From positions 5,084,001 to 5,148,000 of the forward strand of contig CM106586.1 in the NCBI GenBank assembly GCA_048013815.1: a stretch of 64,000 bases of DNA, read 5' to 3'. The notes beneath the pieces were generated by a model. The model was given only the letters and a program-made list of their open reading frames with translations, ran no database searches and had not been told where the DNA came from. Every line of letters begins with the position of its first letter. Position 1 is the stretch's first letter. Origin of the DNA: Setoptus koraiensis. Its lineage: Eukaryota; Animalia; Arthropoda. Position numbers and translations under genes: made by a program. This document shows positions 12,601 to 27,600 of this stretch, piece after piece.

Positions 12601-15600
12601 GGTACAGATTGCCCGGCCGTGGGGCTACCTATGGGGCCCGCTCGGTTGCGTCTGTTTGCGCGGCGCCTGCTTGTGCCGCGCCTGTTTGTGCGGCGCCTGT
12701 TTGTGCGGGGCGCGGGGCTCCTCGGGTGCGTTTGGGCGACGCCTGCCGTCGTGCTCGGTGGGGCCCCGCCAGCGCTGGGCAAACACGCCGCCGCCGGCCG
12801 ACGCCTCCGATGTTTCGTCAGTCCACTTATATCGGCACTCTGTTTGCTCGGCCCCGCGACTGGCCTCGCGACTCGGCGCACAACCGGGCCTCACGGCGAA
12901 TATCCAGGCGATACGTTGTGAATGTCGGGGATATTAGCGCGCCCACGGCCAGGATAAATAGTCCGCCGAACGACTGGCGCGACTTGTCAGACGGCGATTC
13001 GGCCGATTCCGGGGATTGCAGCGATTCGAGGGATTGCAGCGAGCCACGGCGATACAGGCGGCACAGTGGCGCAAACATGGCGCGACAACTCTGATTTAGT
13101 GGCCGGCTAAATCAATTCGGCGCCCGCGCGCCCCAATCGATCCCCTCGGACCGGCTCTATTTAAATCCGCCAGTTACCGCCAGATTGCCGCCGCCAGTCA
13201 CAACCTCGGATTGGCGCCGCCAGGGCGCCTGGCAAATTGGCTGCCTACAACCCTCAACCAAGCAAACTGCGACCCCCCACCTGGGCTCAACTTGATTAAC
13301 TCGCTGTCTTGCCTAGAATGGAAATTGTTGTTTGCCCGGCCAGCGCTGGCAATTGTAAATCAGACAGACACCTATCGACGCGGGCCCCTCATTCGGCGCC
13401 CCCTGGCGGCGTGACCCCTGCCCGGCCGGCTGCAATCTGCAGCGCTCGCGTGGTGGCGTCGCGAGGCGGATATCTCATTAGCTAAATTGATTAGTGGTAG
13501 CGGGCATCGGGCCGAGATGAGTCAGCACAATGGCCAGCACGCCATCGCAGCGCCATATAGCACCGAATATAGCAAACAACGGCCAATCGGTGGCATCTCA
13601 CGCTGATATCGTGATCTATGGTCATATAATATCATCGTCAGCTATTATTCTAAACTTGTTATGGCCGCGCCGCGATAAACTGCGACGGCCAATACACCCG
13701 GCCAATAGCTCAATATGTGTGAGTGTGTGTGTCATCAGCGGGCCCACTGGCTCGATGGGGTCCCACCGAGTTCAACAGAGTCCAGCGTATAACATTCGTG
13801 GGTTGTATGTTGCGCGATATTTGTTGTATGTTGCGCGATATTTGTTAAATGTTTGCCCGGCAATGCGCTGTTGCCAGGCTGGTGCCGAGAACGTCCGCCA
13901 GGGCCCCGGTTGACGGCACAACTTGTGCCGCACAAGTGGACGCTCTGCGCTTTACGCAAACCACTGTTTACTTTACTGACCAGAGCAAACAGTGGTTTGC
14001 GCGTGCTAAAAAGCAGAGCTTTGCCGAAACACCGCGCCCTGTGCGTGCGCAATTGCGGGCGCTGTGAGCGCCTCTCGCGGTGCGCTCGCACACAAACGCT
14101 TGCACTAAAATTATAAGCCACTAAAATTTTGCCACAATTTCGCCAATTGTCTGCACGACAAGTCCGTCGTTGGCTCGCTGTTGGTTGGCTGGAGCGCTAG
14201 CTGTGTGTGTGTGTCGCCGTTGGGGCCCGCCAGCCACTAGCGATGGGTGGTATTCGGGTGTCCGACAGGCACACTCAAGTTGGCCCGGGTGTCCGACGGC
14301 CAGCGTTGCCAGGCCCACTCGTGGGGGCGCCCGACGAGTCGCATGATACGACGACGACGACGACGATATTATTTATTGCTCATTATCTAATTGCACACGC
14401 ACACTGCTGCGCAGCACATAATACTGTATATTATATAATATATATTATATACTATACATTATATAACATATATTATATAGTGCGTTATATATTATGTAGT
14501 GGATAGTGTTATACGTTATATATTGTGCAGCGGATAGCGCCAGTTATGTCAGTGCAGTGGCCGCGCAAACACACAGCCTCTGTGACAGAGGCGCGCGATG
14601 GGGCCCCGAACCATTACGTAATTTGGAGCCTGGCGGCGATGCGCGCGTTGCCCGGGTTGCGACTATGACGCTAGGCACTATGACTATGAAAGAGCGCTCT
14701 TTCCGGCGCTGGCTGGCGCGCGCACCGGAAAGGGGCCGATCGCGCCCCGGCGTGCCGATGATTGGGCGCCCGTGTGAGACCCGCGCCGGCCGCCAGCATC
14801 CATGCAGCGTATGCATAACATATTGCGGCTTGGTGGCACGCACCAGTTTGCTACATTACGCAACTTGCTGGCCAGCAAAACTTGCGCAACTTACTCAACG
14901 TAACTTACGTAACTTGCGTAACTTGCCCGGCGTAACTTGCTCAGCGCGACTTACGTAACGCAACTTGGCCGGCGCGACTTACGTAACGCAACTTGGCCAG
15001 CGCAACTGGCGCAGGGCACGCTTGGCTGGCCCAATTGGCGCCCAGTTCAGTGGCGCCGTGTGTTTCCGCTCGCGAGATTGGCGTCAAATTGTTTTGGGGG
15101 CGCTGCCTGAGCGCAAGGTGCAACGCGCCCCAGGAGCGCTCTTCCAGTGGCAGCCCGTGGCGGCTTTTCGCCAGTTTGTCGGCCGTTGCCGGTGGCGCTA
15201 ATAACGCCAAAATAACGCCGCGCGGGGGGCGCCGAGCACGACATCAGGTGCAATATCCAGCGCATACCCAGCGAATGCCCGGCGCATACCCGGCGCATAC
15301 CCGGCGCACACCCGGCGCATACCCAGCGCATACCGCACCGGGGCTGGCAGACGTGGCGTCAACAGACAGCAGACAACAGACGGCGGACAGCAGCGGACGG
15401 ATCCTGGCCGCGGCTCCTCGGGCCTGGGCGTCATCCGGCGCGGGCCGGCGCCAGTGGGCGAGATTTTATCTGGGGCCCCGCTCAATTGTTTGTTCGTTTG
15501 GCGCAATCACACAATCAGCGAGCGAATGTCGCTGGCGCTGGCGCGAATTGAATATTCTCCAGTGGTGCGAAATTGGCGAGCAGTCGCACTTTTGATTATA

Positions 15601-18600
15601 ATGATTATTATGCGCCTCATTTATACCGTTAGACGAGCGCGGTGCACGCCGATACGCGGCGATTTAAGACACGGCACGGCGATATAAGACGCGGCACGAC
15701 GATATAAGGCATAAATGAGCAGGCGAACACGCCGAGTGAGCCGTCGCGCCGGATAAAACAAATGGAACTTTATTATTATTGCGTCACTCTGCGCAGATCC
15801 CGAGCCGCCGGCTGGCGATCGTCGGCGGGCGCCAGTGGCAATTGTTGCTAGAACAATAATGATGATGATAACAACAAAAGATGTAGCCCGGCACAAACAA
15901 TGCGGCTCCCCCAGGATTATCTCGTCTCGGGCTGGCGGATCTTGGTCGCTGGCTAATGTGCCGCCAGCTCGGGCTCGCAATTTGGCGCTGTCGGGGCCCC
16001 GGGTGCGCGCACTTACGCTGCGCACAGTGTGAGCCTGTTAGGATATAACAGAGCCGCACATACTGACAGGGTGAGCACATGCGAACAGAACCCGACGCGC
16101 AGCCAGAGAGATAAATAGAGAGCGACGAGAGCCGGGTCTCGGGTGGATAAAAAAGCAGTCAGTGAGGTTGTTAGGGCGCCGCTGGTCGCGCACTAAATCG
16201 ACTCGTGCCGCTGCCAGACACTGATCCGGCCAATCAATCAATCAGGCCCGCGTTCGTGGCGCCCCAAAGGGGCCCCGGCGAACGAGCGGGCCGAGCTAGT
16301 TAGTGCTCGTCGGCGCCCACGAGCCGCAGCGGCCGCACTTTGCCCGCACTCTGCACCGTCGCTCGCCGGCGCGTCCCTGCCCGGTGCACCTAAACGCGAA
16401 CCAAAATGCCAAAGCCGGATAACTCCAGCTAACTCCAGATAGATCGTATGGCATGAATTTGATTTGCGCCCTCTCCTGGCAATTTAATTTACAGGGCGCC
16501 GTGGAGCGAGCCGCAAATACCCACATCAACGGCAACATCGACACGCACAAATCAAGCAAACAAATCAATTTGTGCCGCCGTCCGCCGGGGCCCGCTCATT
16601 TCTCACTCCCTACCGGAGAGTCTCTGCCGAAGAGTCTCTGCCGGAGAGCCTGTGCTGCGGATAGAGAGAGAGAGTCGCCCCAAAAAACTCGCCCCTGTCC
16701 GATCTGATTAAGGGGCCCTGATTCGATTACCGTCCGAATTACATTTACTGTGCCCATTTCTGTCGAACGCGGCCCAATTGCGACGCATTCCGTCTCTCGT
16801 CTCTGTTGCGATGCCCGCGTTGCGCAACCATCCACGGCGAGCAAGCACGCGCCCAGGCACGTGGGGGCGTATGCTGGCGCTCACGGGAACGCGGGCGCCA
16901 TGACGAGCGCAATCACTAACGAATCATCGAATCATTAGTGGACATTTCAAGCGCATCGTGATGGCTCCAAATGTGCCAATTGCGATTGCGAATTCCGACG
17001 GTGAGGCCACACAGAAAAATGATTTATTCTCTGGCCGCCGTTCAGTCGCAGCTCGGGCTCGCGTCAGCCGATTGGGGCCCGAGTGGCGAGTTGGAGCGGG
17101 AGTCAGTCGACAAAGCGACCGAGATAATGCACTTCGGCCGACAAGCGGTGACGGGCCCGTTGACGGGCCAACGGACCGGACCGGACCGGGTTCGCTCATG
17201 TGCACGCCCCAACATTGAGCTTAATCGTGCGCGCAAATGGCTCACAACGCTGGCTGCGCCGGACAACACTGCTCACCGGGCGCCAGATTGGGGCTCCCCG
17301 AAAGCCTGTGCCAAAGCGATATCGCACGATATTATTGTTGTATGTTGTGCGCCCGCTCAGGTGCGCAAATTAATAGAATCACCGATGGCTGGCCGTTATT
17401 CTAGCCAGGGGTCAGTGGCGCCCATGATTAGCAGTTGCCGCGCCAGCGCCCCCCAGACTGGCGGCCGTTTCTGGCTGCAAGTCTAACGGGCCAAATGGGC
17501 AAAAAGTGCCCACTGGGCAAGCGCATCCGCACCGTTGGACATTGTTACCCATCAGTACCTGGCAGGCACTGAGCGCCCGCGGGTCGAGTCGAATCGAGCG
17601 GTGCGCCTGCAGATCGAGTCGAGCGGTGCGCAGTGTCGGGCGCGACGCCAAGTGCGCGCCGGTCATTACCCGGCCCGAAGCTGGCAACACCTGTTGTAAC
17701 AATACAATATATTGCTGTATATCGCCACGTATCGCTACATGTCGCGGTGCGTGTGTGTCGCGGGCCGCCTGGCGAGCGGCTCGGAAAATGGCGCCACAAC
17801 AAAGAGCTGGGGCCCGGCAGCGGGCTGTCGTATCGAGTCACTCGATTCCAGTGACGGGCCATTGTAGTGGCGCTTGTATTAGTGGTAGCTTGTAATAGTA
17901 GCATTAGTTGGTAGCCGCGGTGCGGCGTCGCGGGACATGGCGGCGGCCAGTTGTGCCGAGCACGGGCCGGAGGCCAGTTACGTAATGGCAGTAATACAGT
18001 TGTGTTGCATTGTTGTCGCGGTTGTTGTGCCGTTGTTGTCGTTGTTGTCGCGCCGTTGCTGTTGTCGGGCTGTCGCCGTTGTTGGGCTGTCGCCGTTGTT
18101 GCTGTCGGGCGCCCGCGCCCGTGCAGCATCGGCCATTGTCCGGGCAGGTGTAAACATGGCCGGCGCTTGTCCGACTGCCGGCCCGTGGAGCGGCCGCCAG
18201 CGGGCACACACGACAACAACAATCGACAAAAATACGCCGACAACAACAACAATTCACAAAAGCACGACAACAACAATCGGGGGCGCGCTGCGCTGGCCAG
18301 TGTCAATTAACACTAATCGATGAATGGCCATTATTAATCGATTAATCTGTGTGCCCGCCGAGGGCTCGCGGCCTCCGCAGCGTTCGGCGCGTTCGGAGCG
18401 CTTGTTTGCGGGTTCATGGCGTAATGGCCCGCCGCTGACCAGCGACAGTCGGTCGCCCGAACCGAGCCGCTCGCCCACGCGGCCGCATGTTTGCCGCCAC
18501 CGTCGTTCAATTAGCTTTTGGGGCCCGTCGGCCCCGCTGTCGTTTTGCCGGCCGACGAGGGCCGCTGTCGGTCGGCGTGGCAGTGAATTATTTATACATC

Positions 18601-21600
18601 AGCGTGTCATGTTTGGTCTGGCTCGCAAAAAGTGCGCACCGGCCCAACTTAGGCCGCCTAAGTGCACATCGGGCGGCCCCCATTTCGGCCCGAGCGCCGC
18701 GCCGCCCGGCGACGGAAGTGGCCGCTCGAGCGGCCAGCGCCAAATCGCATCTAGAGTCTAGATTGTAGACTCGGGATTCGAGAGGCGGGCGGTCGGGCGA
18801 GAAGCGCGCCCTGGCGAGCACACAATTGCTGCCGGCACACAATCGAGTGGCCCGCAATTGGGGCCACACAATCACAGTTGCTCGGCGCTGACAGTTACGC
18901 GCCGGCCAGCGATTGTGAGCGAGTCAAGTGGCGCCCTGTCGCCGACAACAACAGTGCCTCAATGAATAATCGCCAGAGCGGGGCCCGGCCAGCCTTGAGC
19001 CGACTGCCGATCAATTTATCCATTTATAACATCATTCAATTGCTGGCCGCTCTGGCTCGCTGCCCGCCGCTCGCTGGCTTTTAGACAGCCTTGGCGCGCA
19101 GCGCATATGCTGGCGCTGTGCGCCTCGCCGGGCCCCAACTCGGCCACGGCTCGTACAATAATGGATGACGCAACCACTGGCGACACTGGCCAGCCCCAAC
19201 TAACGACCAACTGTTAGCTTGCTGCGGGTCATTACTGTGCACAGCCGTGCTCGTGTGGCTCATATTGTGCCCGTGTGCGCGCAACATGAGCGCAGGCCCA
19301 AGATTCGAGCCTCGAATTTCGCGCAGCGCTGCTGACGCGGAGTGCACAATTGGGGCCCGTCGGCCCGCTTTGGCTCGTTTTTGCTCGTTTTGGCGGCGCG
19401 CGCAAAAAACGCATCGGCGCGCAATCTGGCAAGGAGATAAAGCGGTGACATCCAATTCAATTTAATAACTTGTCATTTGTTGTCGCCACTGGACCAGTCA
19501 ATTGTTGGCTTGGCGAGCTCGGCTTGTTAGTGGCGCCTGCAAGTTGCGTCAGGGTTGCGAAGCGGCCAGCTCGACACGACGCAAACAATGCGATCGCTGT
19601 TATTATGCGGCGCACTCCGCGGCGGGCCCGACTTGCCGCATCCGTGCCCCCCGAACGGCACACTGTGCCACTGTGTGGGCATTGCGCGGGCCCCGACTCG
19701 CCGCACAATTGCACGAGCAGAGTGGCACGAGCAGAGTGGCACGAGGGAGCTCGCACGTATCGAGCGAGCAGACACACAATGTGCAGAGATAAACCGAAGT
19801 TGTCGCCAGTGTGCGAACAATGAAAATATCGCCCACACTCGTGCGCAATCCGTGTGGCTTGGCGCAATCGGGGCCTCACTGGAGGCGATTGGCCAATGTT
19901 AATAGTGCGCACAGCGCGCGCTCTATTAACTGGCCCGTCGCTGACCGGAATGAATAGACATTGCGAACGTGCCGCCGGTGCGGCTCGTGCGAGCCACGGG
20001 CCGGTGGCCTTCGGACGCGCCGCAGAGCCGCCATTTGGCGTCTTGGGCCTCGGCGCGTTTTATTTTTATTTTATTCGCTCCGTTCGGTCGGGATGTCGCG
20101 CGCGCGCGTATCACGCCAGACGTATGTGCGTTGTTGTTGCGGCCTGGCGGCAACAACAGCGCCGACACAACGACAACAACAACAGCAAAAACGGCGACGG
20201 GCCGGACCACGTTCGCGGCGTCCGGCCGCTCGGAGCGGGGCCCTTCCAGTCGAGTGCGCGCCGTCTGGCATCCATGCTCAGGCATGTCGGCGGTTGCTCG
20301 CTGAGCTGGCAAAAAATAATAATTCTCGGCGCTGGCAGCGCCGAGAATCCGCGCCAGGGGCCCCACTCGAGAAACTGGCCTCAGCAGTGCGGCCTCAGCA
20401 GTGAGGTCTCCGGCGAGGAGTCCGCAGCGTCGAGTCCGCAGTGTCTTCAGTGCGCAATCTTCGGTGCAGAGGCTGGCGAGTGGGGCCCGAGCGCGCGAGT
20501 TGCACCTTGGCCGCTCAGATGTTGCTCATTTGGTGTTAAGTGGAGCGCAAATTGTTTAATCCCGGCCCGTCGTCACAATGGGCGCCACGGTCGTCGCGAC
20601 GGCGATCATCATCGCGCCGACGGCCATCATCATAATCGCCATCATCATCGTTAAGCTACGGCTAGCTGACTTGTGCCCGCGCTCAGATCGCGCTCAGATC
20701 GCGCTCAGATCGCGCACAGATCGCGCACAGATCGCACCCAGATCGCACGCAGATCGCCCGCTAACAGCGGGCCCCACGGCGGCCCGACAAGCTCGACGGG
20801 CCCCGGCGGGCAGGTGATTAGCGGGCCGGTTTATGGGCGCTTTTCTTGCTGTCGCTGGCGCGCTGATGCAAGCGTTAAGCGCGGGCAACAGCACGGTCGC
20901 TGTTACCATGTCGGATATGGAGCTGGGGCACAGGTGCGCCTGGGCTCACCTGAGCTGGCAGCTCGGCGAATCGTAATTATAGGCTGGCGCAAATTGCGCA
21001 AATTGCGCAAATTGCGACTTTCAAATTGGAACGTGCGCGCTGTTGAGTGTGTTTGGTGATTGTCGGGACCGCTAACGTGTTTCGCAGCGCGTGCGGTACC
21101 GCTCCGTTGCGGGCCCGCGCGGGACCCTCGGCGGCGCGGCCGACTGAGGCGCCCGCAACACTGACAATTGTGAGCAAGGCCGTTTTTTGCGTCGGTTGTC
21201 GCGGCCGTCGTACGAGCGGCCCGCCAGTGCGTCCGAGCGGCCCGCCAGTGCATGCGAGCGGCCCGTTGTTGCGTACGGGAGGCCCGTGCGGTGTGTGCAA
21301 GTGAGCGCCGTATGCGTCAACTGTCACAAGCTCATACGATCGCTGTGTATGCAAACTCGCACGGGGCGGCATGCAGATGAGCGAGCGGCGAAAGTCTGAG
21401 AACGGCCGAATTGGCGGCTCTCAAACAAGTGAATTCGCGGGCCGGCGTGTGTGTGTTCGAAAGATGTCGGCCAGAGATAGCCGGTTCGCACGATTCGCTC
21501 GTTATCGGCATTGTTGGCCGGCCTGGCGGCCAAATCCGCTAACAGTCCCGCTGTAAGAAGCGCTCAACGGTTGCGAGCGCCTTCGATTCGGAGGCTTCAA

Positions 21601-24600
21601 TTCGAAGGCTTCGAAGCGTCTCTCGCTGGCGCGACAGCGCCGACAACAACCGCGTCGCTGTTGTGTCGCTGTTGTGACGCTGTTGTGTCGCTGTTGTGTT
21701 GCGACGGCACAACGACGGCACGACGACGACACAACGACGCACAACGACGCACGACGACGACACGACGAGGCGAGCAACAGTTTTGCGCGAGATCTGGCGC
21801 GTCACAATCGGACAAGTTTGCCGGCGCACAATTGAGGCATCGCCCGTCGAACCGCGCATCGGATAATCCCCTCGCTCGTCGCGGAATCGCTCGTCGCGGA
21901 ATGGCGCGTCGTCGTGCTCCAAGTCGCTCGCCTCGTCGGCTCGCTCGGCCGCGAATGGAAATTTGAAGCGAAGCGTCACTCCGGTCGCCGCAGTGACTGC
22001 GTTAACAAGCGCACGCAGATAACAATCGCTTGCGACGCGACTAACAACTAAATCTCACCAGCCAGCTACCAGCGCCGGCCGGCCGCAGTGGCGCTCTTAT
22101 CCGTGCTGGCCGGCACCAGCGAACGCCGACGAATTAAGAAGGCCGGCGAACAGAGAACGCCAGCGAACAGCGAATAAAGAACGCGCTGGATAGAGAACGC
22201 CAGACAATGGCCAAATGGCTGGCTTGTGACAAATTGTCATCGAACGGCAACAGCCTCACCGACGACAACAATGCCCATTCTAACAATCTGACAATCTGAC
22301 AATATTGTAAATAGAAAATAGGCTTTTGCCAGATGATTGTACTCGCAAATAATACAGTAATAACAGAGTGATAATAATAAGCGATTTACATTGGCACATC
22401 GGGCCAGATTAGCGCCAGATTAGCGGGCACACAAAAAAGCACAATCGGGCACAATCCGGCACAATGTGGCATTATTTGGCACAATTTGGCACAGCCAAAC
22501 CAAGTAAACAAGCCGAGAAAAAAAAAGTGAAAATCGGCAAAAAGTTGACGCGCCCGAGCAGGGGCTCGAACCCTGGACCCTTAGGTTAAAAGCCTAATGC
22601 TCTACCGACTGAGCTACCCGGGCTATTGATGAGAGTGAAAGGGCCTAAATGCATTCTTAAAACTGTTGCTAGCTCGGCTTGTGGCTGAACATTGTCGCTG
22701 GCGAGCTCGCCATACCGACACCGTCTATATTTATAAATATTTGCACATATTCATAAGTAAACGATTTGCCGATTGTGTGTGTACTTGTCGGCTAGACTTG
22801 TGTATGGTTGCGTCGTAATGATTGCGTAATCATTGTGTAATGATGGCGTAATGATCGGCCGCTGGGCGACAAGTTTGAGAGTCAATTGTGTTTTGTTGGA
22901 CGCACACAATTTGCTTGTGTCATGATAATTAGAGTAAAAAACGGTTTTGTATTGCGCAGCAACAGTTATGTTGCGCCGATTACGTAACATAACATCATGT
23001 TGTGTGAACAGCATTACGCAAACAGTGGGGCCCTTCATGCGTGGCTGTTGCAGCGTCGGCAAGACGGCGTTGGCGGCATCGATACCGATTGCGCAACATG
23101 CAACGCTTATTACTGTTTGTTGTTGGCCAGCCCAACACTGTTAGTTACGTAAGTGATCACTTTTATCAAGTGCAGCTTTCGTGTTGCTCATGCTGCTCAT
23201 GTTGCTCATGTTGTTTGTGGTGCCATAAGTCACCGCTTTGTTTTTGTTGCAAGCTGCTGTTGGTTTGTTTGTTTGCCATTGTTTCTCGCCCAACAACTGG
23301 CTTCGCTCGCCTCTCGACTGCCGACTGCCGACTCTTGACTCTTGGATTTCAGTTTCAATTTGGCGAGATGCGACATTGACTGTGCATCTGAATCATCATG
23401 AGTGTATCATCATGAGTGTATCAGCGTATGTGTATCACGAGCGAGACGCCGAGTCAAACAAGACGCAAGTCATTAACTGTTTGTTGCAACTTGCTGGCGA
23501 GCTTGTAAATGATGACGCAACAACACAGTGTAAATTGTTTCTTGTTACAGCTACGCTCGCTTGGCTATGTGTGATAGCGTAATGTATTGTTGGCGAGTAG
23601 GCCAACACTACATTACGATAACACTACATTACGATAACACTACATTACGATAACACTACATTACGATAACACTACAGTGAGCTGATTCGCGGCTAACCGG
23701 CACATGAGCGTTATAAGCAGCGCGCAAGGCGCATCAAATTAATAATTTGCATTTCGCCTATAGACACAAATACAATGATGATACAATGATGCGATACAAC
23801 ATTATATAGTGATACTGCAATATTACATGATACAAGTTGCTTAATAAACAATTATGCTGCTCTCTGCATGTTACATAATTGTGTTGCCTAGTGGCTCGTT
23901 TGCTTGCATGCAACGGTGCAGCGATATAAATGCATCAAGCTGCTGATGCTGCCATATCGCACAACACGCCAACGATGCCAAGTGTCTCTGTTTTTTATCA
24001 CTTTGCCCCGTGGCTTCGCAGTTCGCAGTTCGCAGTTCGAAGTGAATCAGTCTGCGAATCGCCAGTCGAGCCGCTTCTTTGAGGCTTGAGGAGTCTTCTC
24101 GGCCGGCCGTTGATAGCGAGTCGGCCGAGGAGACTCGCCGGCGAGCCAGTCGGCAATTGACCGCAAATCAACAGCTCCGCATCAGTAGCGCCGAGTGTCA
24201 GTGGTATCCAGTGCGAGACGTCACTGTATTTATTGTTGTCGTCTGTTGCTGTTGTTGTGTGAGCTAGTGGCCGCTTGTGAGCTGTTGCGTCATGCCTCTT
24301 CCGCTGACCGCGCTCGTAAAGTTGCCAGCTAATTAACATCCACGGCCACGCAAACAACAATTCATGGCATGTGTATTCACATGGCGGCCAGCTGACCGGC
24401 CCAACGGCCCAACGGCCGACTTAACAACCGGCCGACCGGTTGCAAACGAGCCGGGCCCCATGCAAATGAGCGGTCGTTTGTCGCGACGGAGCGCAATTTG
24501 ATGAATACAAACATAAACTTGATTCAATTGAGCCACAGCGTTCAGCACAAACATTCAATAAAGTTCACAATAAAACATTTGTGTCGTTATTGCCGAGACA

Positions 24601-27600
24601 TGGTCGCATATTTGCCGCCGTTTGATCCCTTTCGCGCTGCTGTTCGAGCATTCGAACGCTGCCATCATTCGAGCGCTGCCATCGTTCGAACGATGTGACA
24701 GCCAGCGAACAGCCAGCGATTTTATTGTCTGGGGCGCAGCGAAGAATGATTTGTGTGATTGAATTTTTAATTACTCGGCTCGCAGAAGCCAGCAAAAAGC
24801 AAAAAGCAAAAAGTAAAAAGTGAGAGGCAAAAAGAAAAAAGTGAAACGCACGCCAGCGCCGCCATGACTAATAAGTGTGCGCCAATGGACTGCGAAATAT
24901 GCAAATTGTGGGCCTCGTTGCATCATTGCCGATTGCATTATGTTGTGCATTAGGCGCATTTATTATCGTCGTCGTCGTTCAATAACGATGACAATAAATG
25001 CGCCCTCTCGCATAACTGTTGCCCCTCTCATGACTGTGGCCCGTTGCCGGCGTGCGATGCGACAGTCGCGAATTGGCGAATTCGTGAGCGAGCGATATGA
25101 CGCGAATTCGGCGATTCGGCTGCGATTCGTTCGGCACTCGCGGCCACTATTTGCGTCGCCAAGTTGCGGCTGTTCGCTGAGCCGGCGAACACTGGCATTC
25201 GGCTGGCGACTCGCGATCGAGTCGAGCGTTCGACTCGCCGCCGGGCCGCCGGCCGAACGCTCGACGAGCCGACTGGAAGGCTCGTTGCGCAAGTTGCGAG
25301 TCGCAACGCCGGCTCTCGACGCGACGAGAACACTCAACGAGGCAACGAAAACACTCGACTGAGATAAGTGTCAACACTAATGAAGTTGTTGTTGCATAAC
25401 GCAACGATGACAGCTTGCTGCCACCTCCACACTATCATACAGACAGTATAAAGTGAGCGCGTCAGTTGATGAGAGCGCCAGTGATTAAATCGCAAATCAC
25501 CGCTAATGTCATTAGTGGCTCACTCGGCTGCGTTCGGGCAAAACGGCAGCCGGGCTCATTTGCTCGTCGTCTGTTCTCTCTGTTCTCTCTGTTTTCTCTG
25601 TTTTCTCTGTGGCCGCGTTCGAGCTGCGGCCTGTCGGTCGGCCCGTCGGTCGGCCGCAGCGGGCCGCTCCATTCTCAGTGGGCCGGGCTCCGGTCGAGCG
25701 AGTCGAGCGACGGGACAGGGACGGCAGCGCAGCAACAGGGCGATCGCATGCGGCATGCGGCACGCAGCGCATTGTTTGCATGTCCGATTGGCCGCGCTCG
25801 TCGGACATCTCAACAGGTACGCGAACTGTTCGCTACGAACAGCGATCTCGGATATCGGCCGCCGGCCGGCTAAACAAACACCAGCGCCAACACTGTTCGC
25901 CGGCGTGCGCCTCGTAGCGTCTTGTTGCGTCTGGCTGCGTCTGGCTGCGTGGGCCGCCGACGCAGCCAGCAACATGCAACTGGCAGCGTCTAACCTTGAC
26001 GCAATGCAACAATAATAGCGCAGTGCGCATTACATAATACGCTTACGCCATGATGATAATGCGGCCAGCGACGGCAACGGCGCATAAATCATTATTAGCA
26101 CACAAGCGGCAATTAATCATGCATTAGCCCTTGTCGATATTGGCTGTCGGGCGCTCGCGTCTAGCCCGTCTGCGGCTCTCGTCCGAACTTCGGATTGCGA
26201 GTCCCGATCCGAGATTCGCGAGTCGCGAGTCGCGACTCGCGATTGAGAGTCCCTGTTCGAGATTCGCCCATTTGAGATTCGCCCATTTGAGAGCGCGTTC
26301 GAGACGCAGCAGTCAGAGATGCCAACGCGACGAGATTGATGATTGTGGCTAGTGCTTGCGAATTGCGATAACGCAATATTATCCCATTATGATAATAGTA
26401 ACAATAATTTACATTTCGACTTATCAGTCGATCTCGAAACGAGCCAGCGACAGCCAACAAAGCGCAACAATTTGTGCGCTCACTTTCACAGTCGCTTATT
26501 GGTACCGCTGATCGTTTGATACCGCTGGTCGGTTTATGCGCTTCCAGTGGCGGATAAATCCAGGCTCGGTATTTGTAACAAATAATTTGTTTCAATCTTT
26601 CGAAGCTGCGATATTTCGTGCCAATCTGGCCGGCACACTGTTGCGCGTTCGGGCGACCCCGTCAGCTGACACTCTCACAAGTCTTGTCTGAGTGAGAGAC
26701 GGCGCAAATTCAGGCGTTGCCCACAAAGGAGCGCCGGGCACCCGACAAGCGCCCGCTGCCCGACGGGCAGCGGCCGGAAAAGTGCCCGACCGCTGTTGTG
26801 CGGACCGTCAATAGTTGACCGTCCACAGTTGAGCGTCAACAGTTGGGGCGACACAACCGAGGGCACGGCTGACAAATGAGCAAATAACTGTGCAGTGCGC
26901 ACACAATTGCGGACTAGATGATGATGAAATGATATCAAAAGAACATGCAAATTAGGGCATGAGCCGCCCGGTCGCTCGGGGGCGCCGCTGCGAACGGAGC
27001 CGCCGATTGTGGCGCCTCGCATTGTTATACTGGCATCGCTGTTGTCGTTGTTGTTGTTGCTGCTGGCCAACAAAGAACTGGACCGAGGGGCACGAGTTGC
27101 TTTGTGTCCGCTGGAACAATGCCTCTCGCGGCAGTGTCAACACGGCGATGCGCCGTCATTGTTTGCCGCTGGTGCCACTGCGAGAATCGCCGAGGAATCG
27201 CCCTAAAATATCGCCGGTTGGCGGCCACGCGGTCACGGGCTCACGCTGCATCCAACGCGACATCCAAGCGGCCATTTAGCGGCCATTTGGGGCCAGTGTG
27301 CGCGATGCTCTTTTCTGTCGCGTTGCCCTCATCTCTTTGCTTTCGTCGCCTTCCTGCCGGCGTGCCCGACCGCCAGTCCCGCACACGCCTCGTGCGCATC
27401 GAGCACTGCGAACGCTTCGGTCGCTTCGAACGCTTCGGACGGCCGAACCGGCAAACGCTGCGAACGCCTCGAACGACTGGAACGCGGCGACCAGTTCGCG
27501 GCCCACAAAGTAACAATGACCGGCATGAGTGTGTTTACCTTTGAGCCTAAAAAATGTGTTGACACAAGCGGGCAAACAGCGGCACGCCAACAGTTGCAAC

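Noticed and set aside
13198-13207. TCACAACCTC matching the miR-67/307 5' end
   Set aside because: 10 nt only and no star arm.
15489-15502. TTTGTTCGTTTGGC, 14-nt match to miR-375 as I recall it
   Set aside because: No complementary upstream arm and the 3' half diverges.
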